In this document: one piece after another, positions 26,359 through 39,210 of the stretch
Layout of the letters: every line of letters begins with the position of its first letter
Position numbering within the stretch: position 1 is the stretch's first letter
DNA from: Haliotis rubra
Lineage: Eukaryota
Length of the DNA stretch: 64,000 nucleotides
Assembly: GCF_003918875.1 (NCBI RefSeq)
Contig: NW_025767179.1
Coordinates: 434,001-498,000, forward strand
Direction: 5' to 3'
Notes under the pieces: model-generated
Told to the model about the DNA's origin: nothing
The model's input: the letters and a program-made list of their open reading frames with translations, nothing else
Databases searched by the model: none
Made by a program: the position numbers and the translations under genes

Positions 26359-27356
26359 TCTTCAAATACAACCTGAGCTACCGATAGTCATCAGCATGTA
26401 GATAAATCCATCTGAGCACCTGCAAGCCACAAAATGAATAAAATCTATATAATATAAACTGCGTGTTTTGTGGGAATTACATATTACAATGACAGTGCAC
26501 AAGCCCACTAAAACTGAATCAGCAGGAAAGCGGAATCGCTTTTCACATTTTTCTACAGTTATAGGACGGCTGCATCGAGCTATTGTTTATCACCTTTGTG
26601 GAAAGGGACATGATGAAAATGTGCAAATTACAAACGTCTGCATCTGGCTTCGTTCATAAATCTGGATTTGTACAACCACTTCGTCGTCGTGTTCGAGAGC
26701 GGTCACCTACTGAGACACCATGATTCAATCGTTCAACATAATCCAATGGAATTTCAGTTAGTTGGCTGGTTTGTTGTTTAACGCCACACTCAGCAATATT
26801 CCATCTATATGGCGGTCTATAAATAATCCAGACAATCCAGTGATCAACAGCATGAGCATCAATCTACGCAGTTGGAATATGACGACATGTGTCAACCTAG
26901 TCAGCAAGCCTGACCATCCGATCCCATTAGTCGCTTCTTGTGACAAGCATGGGTTACTGAAGATCAATTCTAGCCCAGTACGAATTGAATCATTTCCTCG
27001 CGATGCCCCGTAAATATACAACATGCGGTTTCTATATGATTCCATACAGAGAAGGCCTATAACACCTTATGAAAATATGGCATATTAAATTAACTTTATA
27101 CCATGGGATTCCGTGGACGCATGCCCGATTATATTTCACAATTTCTTGACAATGAACAAAGGTTTAGTCAGAGTAGAGGAGTTATCTCCAAATATTATAA
27201 CAAACAATGAATAATCACTAGATCCCTGATACGCTTCTAATACGATTCAAATACGGGTAGTCCCCCTAATAGGTTTATTTCAAACAGTAGACAAGCTGGG
27301 AGTAATCAACTGTACAGTTACAATACATTATGAAGTGTTAGGGTGCTCGGATTATA

Positions 27357-28235
27357 TACTACAAACAAAAAATATGGGAACACTCTAAAATTTGATAGTC
27401 ATACATAAACTGAAACGTGGTGAGGTCTTTTATACTCTAAGGTAAATGCAACTTTTTGTGTGCTTATTGGGCACTTTAAACGACATGTTGGAACATGCAG
27501 TGAAGCAACTGATTCAATATTCGTTGAGTTTGAGTGAAACATTTGTTAAATACAGCCAAAAACAAGGATGCTGAAACACACCAGAACCATGTTTGATTCA
27601 AACGCCCAAACACAACTGCCTAGTGCATGTGGAAGACAGACTTCCCATGCAGCTTGTGGCAACGTTTCCATTAAAATAAGCTACAGACAGTATTGAAGCC
27701 TCACACCTTCTTCACCATGCCACAGCGCACTCCGTTAAGCGCCCGCAACAGTAGCAGGACCATTGCATGGTTACAGGATGTTGAATCCATAAGAAGTGCT
27801 GCTCTCTGTCTTCAGGTGTCTCCCTCTGTCATTCATAGACTGAGGGACACGTTCCAGGCCACTGGTAGAGTATAGGACAGACCTCGCTCTGGAATACCCA
27901 GAAAAGCATCAAGGGCAGATGACCTATATGTTATGGTCCAAGCCCTTCGGAACCGAATCGCAACTGCCTGTGCCCAGTTGCCACAAGATAATAACAGACG
28001 TACACGATAGTCAGTATGTGTCATCGTCATCCTCCTATATTATGTGAGGTTAGGACATTAGTTTTGGTGACTGTATTCTGCCATAAGTGCTCCATGTAAA
28101 GACTTATGATTTCGTTTTTAGATAATATTATATACATAGGTTTTTGACGGAGGTATCGGTCCATACACGACGCCCCTATTCATCCCAGATGTGTTCAGTG
28201 GGTGGCGAATCAGTGGTCCTTGTTGGCCAAGCGTA
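27357..28235. mobile_element. Tc1 fragments
   Basis: Plus-strand N-terminus from 27717 (MPQRTPLS...FQATGRV*DRPRSG). Minus strand 28150-28230 (DSPPTEHIWDE). Confidence 0.6.
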
Positions 28236-29243
28236 ACTCATAAACATCTTTCTGATCAGGATACCGTTGAACAACTCGAGCAACAGGTGGTCTGGAGTTT
28301 TCGGGTTGACATGGATTGTTTTGATGAAAGTTTATACAGAAATATACAACCGACTGTGCAGGTTGTAGGAACAGTTAGAGGGATGGAGGAAGACTCAGAT
28401 CTGGGACAATACCTGGATGCTGTGGGAGGCTAGTGAAACTGGGTTATATTGACAATAGCAAAGCATATCATCATGGGTTGACCTTTAGTGCGTATAAATA
28501 CAATATTTCATAAAATAATAACATATATATCGTTAATGCTAAATACAAGTTATGTTATATTCAGTCATGTTCAGCATTGTTAAACCAGGCATGTATGAGT
28601 GTCTTGTATGGTGGCCTAGTGGTTAACACATTAGCCTTGTGATCCAAAGTGCTAGGGTTCAAATCCAGCGTAATGGCAAAAACTTTTGTAAATTTAATTA
28701 GTAAATATATAGCCTCACTTTCATTATTGATGGTCACATGACCTAACCCTTGCACAAAATCTTCATGCAAAGGCTGATTCACTGTGCTATCCACATGGTC
28801 ACTTGGCTGTCTTCAACCTCTCTGTATGGCAACACAAATGTGAGTACTTCTTATCATACATTGTATAACTTTATATGACATTTGAATAGTATGTTGTTGG
28901 AGTTATCATTTGGAATATTTTGACCATTATTATTGTATATTTTGATAGAAAGCTGCTATTGAAGCACGTTACTCAAATGCATTGTCTGACAATCTTAAAA
29001 CGTTTTACCTAACAATTTTGAATAGCTATATTTGATAATCATGAAATTCTATATTTGAAAATTCAGAAAGGTTATATTTAAATGCTGTAATTAATGTATT
29101 AGCTAAAATAATCATTTTGTTTCTTTTAGTTTCTTAAACCTCATCGATGGACCGAGTCATGTCAACGATAATTAGCCAATGTCTTGTCAACGACCACCGA
29201 AAATCGTAACCTCAATAAATCCCTGTCGATGCCAGTTTTGGAG

Positions 29244-29510
29244 NNNNNNNNNNNNNNNNNNNNNNNNNNNNNNNNNNNNNNNNNNNNNNNNNNNNNNNNN
29301 NNNNNNNNNNNNNNNNNNNNNNNNNNNNNNNNNNNNNNNNNNNNNNNNNNNNNNNNNNNNNNNNNNNNNNNNNNNNNNNNNNNNNNNNNNNNNNNNNNNN
29401 NNNNNNNNNNNNNNNNNNNNNNNNNNNNNNNNNNNNNNNNNNNNNNNNNNNNNNNNNNNNNNNNNNNNNNNNNNNNNNNNNNNNNNNNNNNNNNNNNNNN
29501 NNNNNNNNNN
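29244..29510. other. Assembly gap
   Basis: Run of N. Confidence 1.
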
Positions 29511-29939
29511 CTGTTACCATCACTGAAAACCACAAACGCATGCTGACGATACAGTCGGAGTCATTACGTTTGAATTTTATTACTCCATTACTGTTGAATG
29601 TACATCAGTATGAAACCTTACTGATCCAAATTGAAAATATTCAGTATGAGTGAGTATCAGATTCCAGTAACAGTTGTTCATAACATATAATATGTTATTC
29701 ATAACTTACAGCAGGACACTAAAGTAAACCCATTTCTACAGGCGGTAAAGCAATTAAGTGTGTAGTGTGATGATGATTAGTTATAAATAAAATAATAAAA
29801 TCGGTTACAATTCAGAAAAGTGTTTCCATTACTGCCATGTCTTTCTATTTTGAAATGCTACCAAACACTCTTTCTCAATGAATTCAATATGCATTGTTGT
29901 ATATTCTTCATCACAGAAAAAAGACATGTCATACTTATA

Positions 29940-31549
29940 TACACCTGGAACTTAATTAAGCACCCCTGATATATTTCATGATAGTAGAGCAACTGTTAAC
30001 CATCGTTAAACATGAATGATATCTCTGTATTACAACACATCTCTAGTAGTCTAAAAGGTGTTTCAGTTCCTTTGCACTCGTCACAACGCATCCCTTTGTG
30101 CACGTGAAGCATACAACCCACACTTTTCCCAAAATTCAGTTTCTCTGATATGCAATTTATGGGTATAAAAGCAGACAAATTTGTAACTGTCTCCATTAAT
30201 GAATACTGAAATGGCGAGGAGATGACTTTCTGAAGCACTAAGGTGGCAAATTGTAGGCATACATGCAACAGGCATGTCCTTCAAAGCTATTGGACGACAA
30301 CTGGGCTACAGTCACTCGGTCATCAGCCGACTTGTCCGAAAACATCAGATGACAGGAGATGTGAGAGATCGTTCAAGGCCTGGACAACCCAGGAAGACAA
30401 CGGCCCGTGATGATCGCAGCCTGGCACGTCTGGTAAGGCGAGAACCCTTTGCCACAAGTTCGGGTTTGAAGCGCCTGTGGTTACCCTACAGACAATTATC
30501 CACCAGAACCGTCAGAAATCGCCTTAGGGCACTTGGTATGAGGTTCAGAAGAGTCATCAAACGTCCTGCTCTGTCTGATCTCCTTAAGAGACGACGTCTG
30601 GAGTGGTGTATGGCCCGTCGGCAGTGGAACCTGAGGACATGGAGGAGGGTCCACTGGTCAGATGAGAGCAGGTTCCTCCTCCACGTTACAGATGGTCGAA
30701 TGAGAGTGTGGGGGCATAAAACACTGCTTACGTGCCCAGGAATATCCACCCTACTGTTCCTTATGGTGGAGGATCGGTTATGATCTGGGTTTGTCTTTCA
30801 CACGACTGTAAACTTCAAATGGTGACTGTCCGAGGACATCTTAATGGTCAGCAGTACATCCGGGATATTCTCCATCCAGTTGTCGTGCCTCACTTTGACA
30901 ACCATCCGTTGGCTACTCACCCGATATTCATGGACGACAACGCCAGGCCGCATCGTTCACGTGCTGTGACCGCACATCTCCAGAATGAGGCTATCATGGC
31001 ATTACCTTGGCCAGCAATGAGCCCCGATTTGAATCCTTTGGAGCACATCTGGGACTTTCTTGGACGCCGTGTGAGGTTGAGAGAACCCCCCTCTCCAGAA
31101 TCTTGCACAGCTGGAAGCTGCTTTGCATGAAGAATGGCGGCAATTGCCACTTGATCGTATCAGAAGGTTTACCAGTAGCATGAGGAGAAGGATTCAAGCT
31201 GTCATCCAAGCACGTGGGGGGATACACCCGATACTGATGCCAGACCCATCAGATGTTAGCATGTGACATTCCTTGTGCATCATTTCTTGTAATAGTCAGC
31301 CATTGACAATGCTACGACCATACTTGTTCAGTGACTATTTTCATCAAAAATCAATAGTGACCAAATCACATTGGTTACGCTATTAAAACAACACGAATTG
31401 GAATCATTGTCTTGTTTTTCATTTGCCAATAGATCGTATGTTTCACAATAGCTAAGGTTCCACTATCTTTGGAATAGTGAGAAAGTTACAGCAAGTTTTG
31501 TTTCTCATCATCCAGAAAATAGGGGGTGCTTAATTAAGTTCCAGGTGTA
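29940..31549 (+). mobile_element. Full-length defective Tc1 (DD34E) transposon
   Basis: TIRs tacacctggaacttaattaagcacccc at both ends with TA flanks. Transposase about 30211-31237 has an early TGA and frameshifts. Motifs WSDESRF, GGGSVMIW and MDDNARPH-SPDLNPLEH, with 34 residues between D and E. Confidence 0.93.
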
Positions 31550-32099
31550 TATTTCAGGTGCTTGCGATTGTACGCATTTTGCGATTAAATACGGTAGTGG
31601 ATATATAAACTAAGAAGCACAAGAAAGTATAGGTTGGCAAAAGTCATTTTTCTTAAAAAATATGATCCATAGTGAAGAGTGGGTATACTTACAGTCATTA
31701 CCCGCGTACAGGGAGGAACAAATACCATCTCCGAAACGCAACACAACTGACGGTGCCATGAAGAATGCGGACTATTTTTATGGTCTACAACTTCTTTATT
31801 CTTTATAGGCGAAGTTTCGACATAGATTCTAATGTCGTTGTCAAGCAAGAGGTGTGTGTTGATATTTCACCACTTGCTTGACAACGACATAAGAATCTAT
31901 TTCCGCATTATTCATCTACCCAACTTCTAGTATGCCAATCGAAAAAGTCATGACGGTGCCATTTTGCACGAGAAATAGATAAAACATTTGGAGTCTGCAG
32001 AACGAGCCGAAGTGGTATATAAATTCGATCACCACAAAGCATGGTATTACAGTGGATACAAACACACCAATTTATGCATGCGAGATGAACTCGTGACGA

Positions 32100-32275
32100 A
32101 AGAGACAGACCATCGATATGGCCGAAATGGGGGCTACACAAGTCGAAATTGCTTTAAGGTTCGGGTATACGCTATTGACGGTATCCAGGCTTCTACAAAG
32201 ATACCGGCAGACAGGAAGACCTGAGGACAGGCCCAGTACGGGAAGACCACCAGTCACAACCCCACGGGAAGAACG
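32100..32275 (+). mobile_element. Tc1 transposase N-terminal fragment
   Basis: VSRLLQRYRQTGRPEDRPSTGRPPVTTPREER. Confidence 0.6.
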
Positions 32276-33159
32276 GCCAAAACAGGATCATCCACCAACC
32301 AAACAGATTCGAGATTACGATGGGCAAGGTGAGTTCATTCAAGATGGCGGAGGGTGTGGACGGGCATCCTCCCGTTCAAGCATCTCCAAAGCTTTAGGTC
32401 CAGCCAACAGTTACATCCTTTGTGCAAGTGGAACGTCCAGCAGTTACCTTCCCTGTTAAAGAAGTACATCCAACAGTTACCTCCCCTGTCACCAGATGTA
32501 GAGATAGATCCTCGCATTCCGTCTACAGATTGCACATTGCCTATAGTTCCAGCAAACACTGCTTGAGAAGAATCATCAGCGAACACTCGACAGAATCAGG
32601 TCATAAGGGAAGCAGAGTTGACGTCAATGGCAGCAAGCTCAAGCATTAAAGTCCAAGTTGAAAAAGACAACCATGTTGCAACCAGAAATATGTCAACAAA
32701 CTTCACTGCAGCCTCTCCAAGATATAAGACAGCAATATACTACTACTGGACGAATAAATAAGGAGTGCTCTGAACAGACAATACGAGTGAGTGGGAGAGG
32801 TGTTACTGTTACTCAATTAAGAATTTTCAACAGATATGAGAAATACTTACAATACATGTTGAAAATGTTGATTTATGGCCCCGGGATGTTGTCAAACCGT
32901 GGTTGAGCAGAAGGCTCTGCTAGGAAACCATCATCCAAAGATAGACAGTGGATAGACAACGATGAGGCTAAAGGCAACCACACAGATTAACAATGTTGAC
33001 AATGTTACAAAATCTGATGAACTTGTTGTGCTCGAACCGCCAAGCGTTCCATACTTAAATAAGTGTTTCTCTGAAAATAAAGTTGACTTACAGATCACCA
33101 TCTTAGTGATAATAACCTCAGCTTTCTTGACTCTGTGAACCACGACTTCTGTCATAGCA

Positions 33160-33700
33160 AACATGTGGCAAGTTAAAACTCTATCGCACAGAGTTATTCG
33201 GTCAGGCGGAACTGCAATTCTTGTTCATAAAAGATGGAGCACCTACGTAAGTAAGATGAACATTGATGTGGATCGAATGACCTGTATTGAGCTGTCAGTT
33301 GGAGACAATTTGACAATGTTCCTCCCAGCAATCTACTTGCTCCCTTCAAATATATCTTTACGACTGTTATGTACACACATTAAATGAGATGGTCTTTCAA
33401 AGGACACCCTATTGTGTTTGGAGATGTAAATGCCAAGCGGAGCGGATCACCTGAAGAAAATATCACAAAATATAGATGAAACACACTTTGATAACACTCC
33501 ATAGAAACACAAGTTGCCAATCTTAAAGATCTTGTGTCCAACAGTGATATCGAGACAGATTATATCCCAATATGCACAGATGAAATTGCAGCTCTGTGCA
33601 GACATCTTAAGAACAACAAGGCTCCTGGAATAGACGGAATATGTCATGAACGCTTAGAACACGGAGATACTTATCTTTACAGATGTATTGCACAACTACT
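33160..33700 (+). mobile_element. Decayed LINE ORF2 fragments
   Basis: SGGTAILV, IYLLP and LKNNKAPGIDGICHERL. Confidence 0.55.
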
Positions 33701-33819
33701 CAGTTGCAGCACGAACATAGGGAGACGATATTGCAATCTTAAGTCCAGTGACAGCCGATCTTTGAGCATGGTAAAGGAATGTGAAAAGGTTTGTACACTC
33801 TGGCATTTCAAATTCGCAC

Positions 33820-34098
33820 CTATAGTTTGGCATGAAATGCATGTGGACCCGGTTTTTTGTAAATATCTCTTCATCCAATGACCCAATCGATCTCAAACTA
33901 TGCAAGTGGATGTTTTGTCAGACAACCTAATCACATTGTAAATCACCGATTTTATGCATTTGTATTAAAGAATCTGTCTATGTAACTGTCAACAAAATAA
34001 ACAGCAGAACGCAGAATTCGTGCAAAGGGAGGGAGCCAATGACCTGTAACAGCGTCAGTGTTGGGTCATAAAGGTAAATGCACGTGCAGTTCATGATA
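33820..34098. mobile_element. Second, one-ended copy of the same MITE (opposite orientation)
   Basis: Near-identical to the reverse complement of about 53680-53957. The second TIR is absent. Confidence 0.85.
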
Positions 34099-34199
34099 GT
34101 TACCCGTGCACTGCACAGTGATAGACCGTTTGGATCATTCACATTCACTACTTCTATAATATTTCATTATAGTCTTCGCCATTGTCTGAGTCAAAATTT

Positions 34200-37100
34200 A
34201 TTCTCTTCTTCTCCTGTTGTTTCTGGTATTGTTGAAATTCTTGGACGTAATTTAACGAAGAAGAATGTTTGGCGAGTGTTTCACCAAGCTTATTGGCAAT
34301 GTTAGACTTACCAGTTAATATATTGTCACCATCCTTCAGATGGTGTAGATTTGGAACCTTTGCCTTTAATTCATTGGATCATGTTCCATACCTTCGAAAT
34401 TGGTGTACGGGAATTTATCTTGGAAACATACTTCCTCCAAGACTGACGCTTATTCTGCTTAAATGCGCGTCGAGCCTTGGATGTAAAATTTTAACTTTAT
34501 CTAAATTATGGACTATAGGATGTCTACTTCTTCCTACTGGCCAGTTTACATTCATTATTAAACCATGGTTTACGAATATGTGGAATTGCAGAGGACTTGG
34601 GTATACTTTGATCAGCAATGTCATTGAGCATATCTGAAAATGACTGTATAGGATCTGTGTTATATAATGACCAATCAGCCCTGGCGAAGTTCCTTCTGGA
34701 TAAAGGTGGATCATCTCCAGGGCTTATTGTTTTGAGAATGGTGGGGAAGTGATCACTCCCACATAGGTCATCATGGACCATCCATTCAAATTCATTATAT
34801 AAAATAGAGTCAACAAGTGATAGATCCAGGGAAGAATATGTTCCCGTAGCTGGATGTAAATAAGTGTCTGAATCGTAATTGCAGATACATAAATTATTAC
34901 AAGAAATGAATCCATCTATGATTTTACCTTTATTATTTGTATGGACACTTCCCCAAAGCGGGTTGTGTCCGTTCAGATCACCCATGATAATACATGGTTT
35001 CTGGAATCTGGTCATACAGTTTTTGCAGATCTGACAGTCGGATATCAGAAGACGGTGGGATATACAAGCTGCACAGCGTCAACGTAATGTGTAAAGTCAG
35101 ACGAACAGCTACAGCTTGGAGATTAGTATAACGAGGGGCAGGGATATGTATAATACCCTGCCGGACCAAAATAGAAACACCTCCAGTTGCTCTATCTCCT
35201 GGAGGGGAAAAGAAATGAAAAACACTGTATTGTCTTAAGTTGAACGTATTTGTATTTTTAAGAAATGTTTCTTAAAGAAAAAATGTTGATGGATGAAAGT
35301 CCTGTGTCAATAATTGAATTTCATTAAAGTTATTTTAAGACCTCTGCAATTCCACTGAATTAGATTGGGCAATTGAGTCATGGTGCCTCAATTGGTGATC
35401 GCCCTCGTGAATGTGAGGAGGAGCTATTTCTCTGCCTGTCCTGTGAAGATAGGGTAACCTCCATGTCTAGAGGTCCAAATGGGTTCTCTAGAGGAACCAC
35501 TAAAGGTGAAGGGAGGGTTGGTGTCTGTTCCTTATTCTTTTTTTCCCTTTCGTTTTCGACAGGTAAAGTGTGTCGGGCTGTTTGTCAGACGTTTTCGATT
35601 GTGTCTCAGTCTGAGATCCAGATGATGCTGTAGTGACTGTGGAAGTCGATGGTGTGACTGGGGGGGAAGTCGATGATTTGATTGAAGCTGAATTCACGGG
35701 GTTTTCTGATTTGACCCACGTCAGGTCAGTCTGGCATGTCACAGAGGCTTTTGCGACAGAGCGAGATACTGCAGCAGAGTAGGTGATGTTTGATCGAGTT
35801 GGGCGCTCAGTTAATAATCTTTTGGCGCTTTAGTTTCATTATTTGTGACTCCTTTTGCCACACTGGACAGTATTTAGAGGAAGCACCATGTGGGCCATGA
35901 CAATTTGTACACTTAAATTCTTTATCGCAGTCTGTGGTTTCGTGACTGTCATCACAGCGATAACAGATCACAGATCCGCGACAAGAATTCGAGCCATGCC
36001 CAAATTTCTGGCATTTGTAGCATCGGAGTGGACTTGGCATATATGTTTCCACTCCGATATTGGAATACCCTGCTTTAATTGATTGCGGAAGTGATGTTCG
36101 CGCAAAAGTCAAGAGATAAGTGTTAGTGTTTGTGAAGATGACATCTTTTTTAATTTTGAATTGTTTAACATCTGTCATACTCTGATCTTGTAGCTCTGCT
36201 GCAATTTCCTCCCCTGACATGTCGGACAGACAACGAGTCCTGTCACGTATGATGCCTCGACACGTGTTTAATGTTCTGTGTACGGACACAGTAACGTCAA
36301 TATTTGCAAATGTTCGGATTGACAAAAGATTGAGTGACTGCTGTCTCCGTGCACACTCTACTAGAAGCGAGCCACTACGGAGACGGGTAACGTTTTTAAC
36401 ATCCCCACACATCCCAGATACAGCTTTGGAAATAGCAAAAGGATTGAGTTTTATGGGGAGATAATCCAATGCTTCTATCACCAGGAAACGAACCCAGGAA
36501 TCATCATTTGTAGACATATTTCGTAGATCGACAGTTTCAATTCTTCGTTTCTTTTCATTTCGAGTTGAACCAGGCATTTGTTGTGTCATGATGAAAGGAC
36601 AAATGTTTCAGCACCCATGCTCCCCACCAACCACGGAGTGTGAACAAGGATAATGTCATGTAGTACCGGATCTCCGACATGCTGACACCAGGGATACAGG
36701 GGTGTAATACTCCAGAGAATATGACACAAAAAGCAGTATTTGTATACCTGATTAAATGTCAGGGTGGTTCTGCCCATGGCAAGAATTAGGATACATGCTG
36801 AATTTGGAGGTCAAAATCACTAGATTGGCCCATGAGCCACCACCTTCTGGCATAGGACTCTAGGCAATTTAATATAGCAATAGTTTTTATATTACAAACA
36901 TAAATTACCAAGACCCAGTAATAGGTTAAATGTGCAAGAATAGTCACCATGCACAGGGCCTGGCGTGACCAGCCGATTGATAGAACCGGGCCAATTCTAC
37001 CATCCGTCTAGGTGAAGTAAGGGCCAAAGTGGTGTGTTGGGCAAAAGGAACACGGTTCCAGGCTCCCAGTGCCCTCAACCACCAGAATCCCGTCCTCCAC

Positions 37101-37230
37101 CGACACAGGGGCGCAACCCACGGCCAACGGTTTGGTGGACCAAATATACCCCCGGGTCCACAACGGGGGGTTGAAGAGCTTTTAGCGTTACCCAGCACCC
37201 ACCACGAGTAGGTGGCTCTTCACGGGTGCC
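34200..37230 (-). mobile_element. I-group (I/Nimb-like) LINE: complete 5' end, ORF1 and endonuclease, RT missing
   Basis: ORF1 36589-35378 (frameshift near 35810) with CYKCQKFGH, CYRC..H and CTNCHGPH zinc knuckles. ORF2 from ATG 35381 (MTQLPNLIQWNCRGL) with GDLNGHNPLWG, SLDLSL and SDHFP APE motifs, frameshifted. Confidence 0.9.
37172..37230 (-). ncRNA. HDV-like self-cleaving ribozyme at the LINE 5' end
   Basis: P1 GGCACCC/GGGUGCU (G1-U wobble), P2 UGAAGAGC/GCUCUUCA, P3 ACC/GGU, L3 UACUCGU, GG after P1, very short P4 and J4/2 GCUAA. Confidence 0.8.
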
Positions 37231-39210
37231 TATTATACTTGTAATCAACAATTTGTGTTGTGTCGTTTTTATGGATCGTCAAACTCGACCTATACTTTCT
37301 TTTGCTTCTTAGATTATTCTGTATCTGCTCTCGGGGGTTATTTTGTCAGGTTGCGTGCATTCGGGATGAAAAGGTTTTGCGATGACGGCATTTCCAGATT
37401 TTACGTACCAGCTACAGACATGTTGTCCCGTGCAATGTCCCCTTGTGAGTTGAATTTAGTGTCCTCTTGGATATTTCTTCGGGTACACAATTTGCTTGCA
37501 ATTGAGTGAGTTTGTTGAGTGTCCAACGGTGGAACGGGGTGTCACAACTGTTTGCTCGTGATTCATTCCTGAGAGGTTAAACGCGTGCAGGCTGGGAGAT
37601 ATATAATATGAGTATGGACAAGAATGTGTCGTCTTTGTTAATTGATGTGTATGAGAGATAATTTCATTATAATTATAGTCATAAGACACCAAATCCCTCT
37701 TACTCCTTCCTTGCCATATCATGTTCAACCGTGTTCAACCAACCAATGAACGTTTAGTGGACGTACAATAGTCACGCTACATGATCATCTGGTTCATACA
37801 CTTCCAATATTTTATTTAAGAGAGAAGCGATAGGGACACACTGTTGAGCTCAGGAACATTTAGAAAATTCTGAAGAAAAATGTTTACCACGGATAGATAG
37901 TTTGCACACATACAAATCATGATTATAGGATAAAAAGTGAGTGAGTGTGTTTTACGCCGCGTTTAGCAATATTCCAGCAATATAACGGCGGAAGACACAA
38001 GAAATAAGCTTCACATATTGTGCCCATGTGGGGAATCGAATCCGGTGTAACAGGCCAGAGTATACCCCTGTCCCAGACTATACCCGGGGTTAAACTGGGC
38101 TAGCCCAGACTATACCCCAGGTATAATCTGGGCTAGCCTAGTTTATCCCCCGGGGTATATTCTGAACTAAGCCATAGTATACCCCCCTAGCCCAGATTAT
38201 ACCCCTACATAAAACAAGTGATTAAGGATACTACTATAATTTTATTGTACTTCTCACACAATCTAACACTGGTTACAACATTGAAATGGTCCGATACATT
38301 TTCGTTTTCGGCGTGACGAAAGATTAAAAAAATGAATTGATGATATTACATGAGTAGCAAATGTGATTATAGAGTAACCGAAATACACCTACTGTCGCAC
38401 AGACAATATAACATACATGTACATGAATACGTAACGTGAGTGAGTGAGTTTAGTTTTACGCCGCACTCAGCAATGTTCCTGCTATATGGCGGTGGTCATA
38501 TGTACAGTAAAACGCTAGTAAGCTAGTGCTGGTCATCGGCTGTTTCCGACATTTGGTTCGGAAATATTCTGTTGATAAACGGGAACAGCTAACTTGCTTT
38601 GTACTTGCTGTAGCATTGTGCATTCCATGCTCTGTACTGTTTAGAAACACCAAACTACAAACTACATGATGTTAACATTGAAGCTGTAGCTCTGTTGAAA
38701 TAGTAGCAATATTTATGTATTTTAGTGTCAGAAGACCAGTCAAAACATTCAGCATGCAGAAACGTTGAAGTTATTGTATCCACTGTAATGCAGCATGTTC
38801 ATCACGATTAAAATGGTTGGTTTCTAGTTTAATGCCGCACTCAGCAATATTCCAGTTGTATGACGGCGGTCTATAAATAATCTAGTCTGGACCAGACAAT
38901 CCAGTGATCAGCATAATGAGCAGATCAGCATAATGAGCATCGATCTTCGCAACTGGGAACCGATGACCTGTGTCAACCAAGTCAGCCCCATACCATAAGT
39001 ATAAGTCTGACCAAAAGATAATCCATCCCGTTAGTCCTCTTACTGGCAAAATGGGAGCGAACGTTCACAGTTTCATGTCACGCTAGCCTAATACGATGGT
39101 CATCAAGGCGTATTACCTTACCAATGATGTGATCCTTACTTGAGTTTCTAAACATAGAATACAGAGAATCTCTTTTAAGTAAAATAGAAGCATAACTGAA
39201 GGCATATATA

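Noticed and set aside
29162-29546. ORFs spanning X runs (also 43883-44203)
   Set aside because: Artefacts of N gaps.
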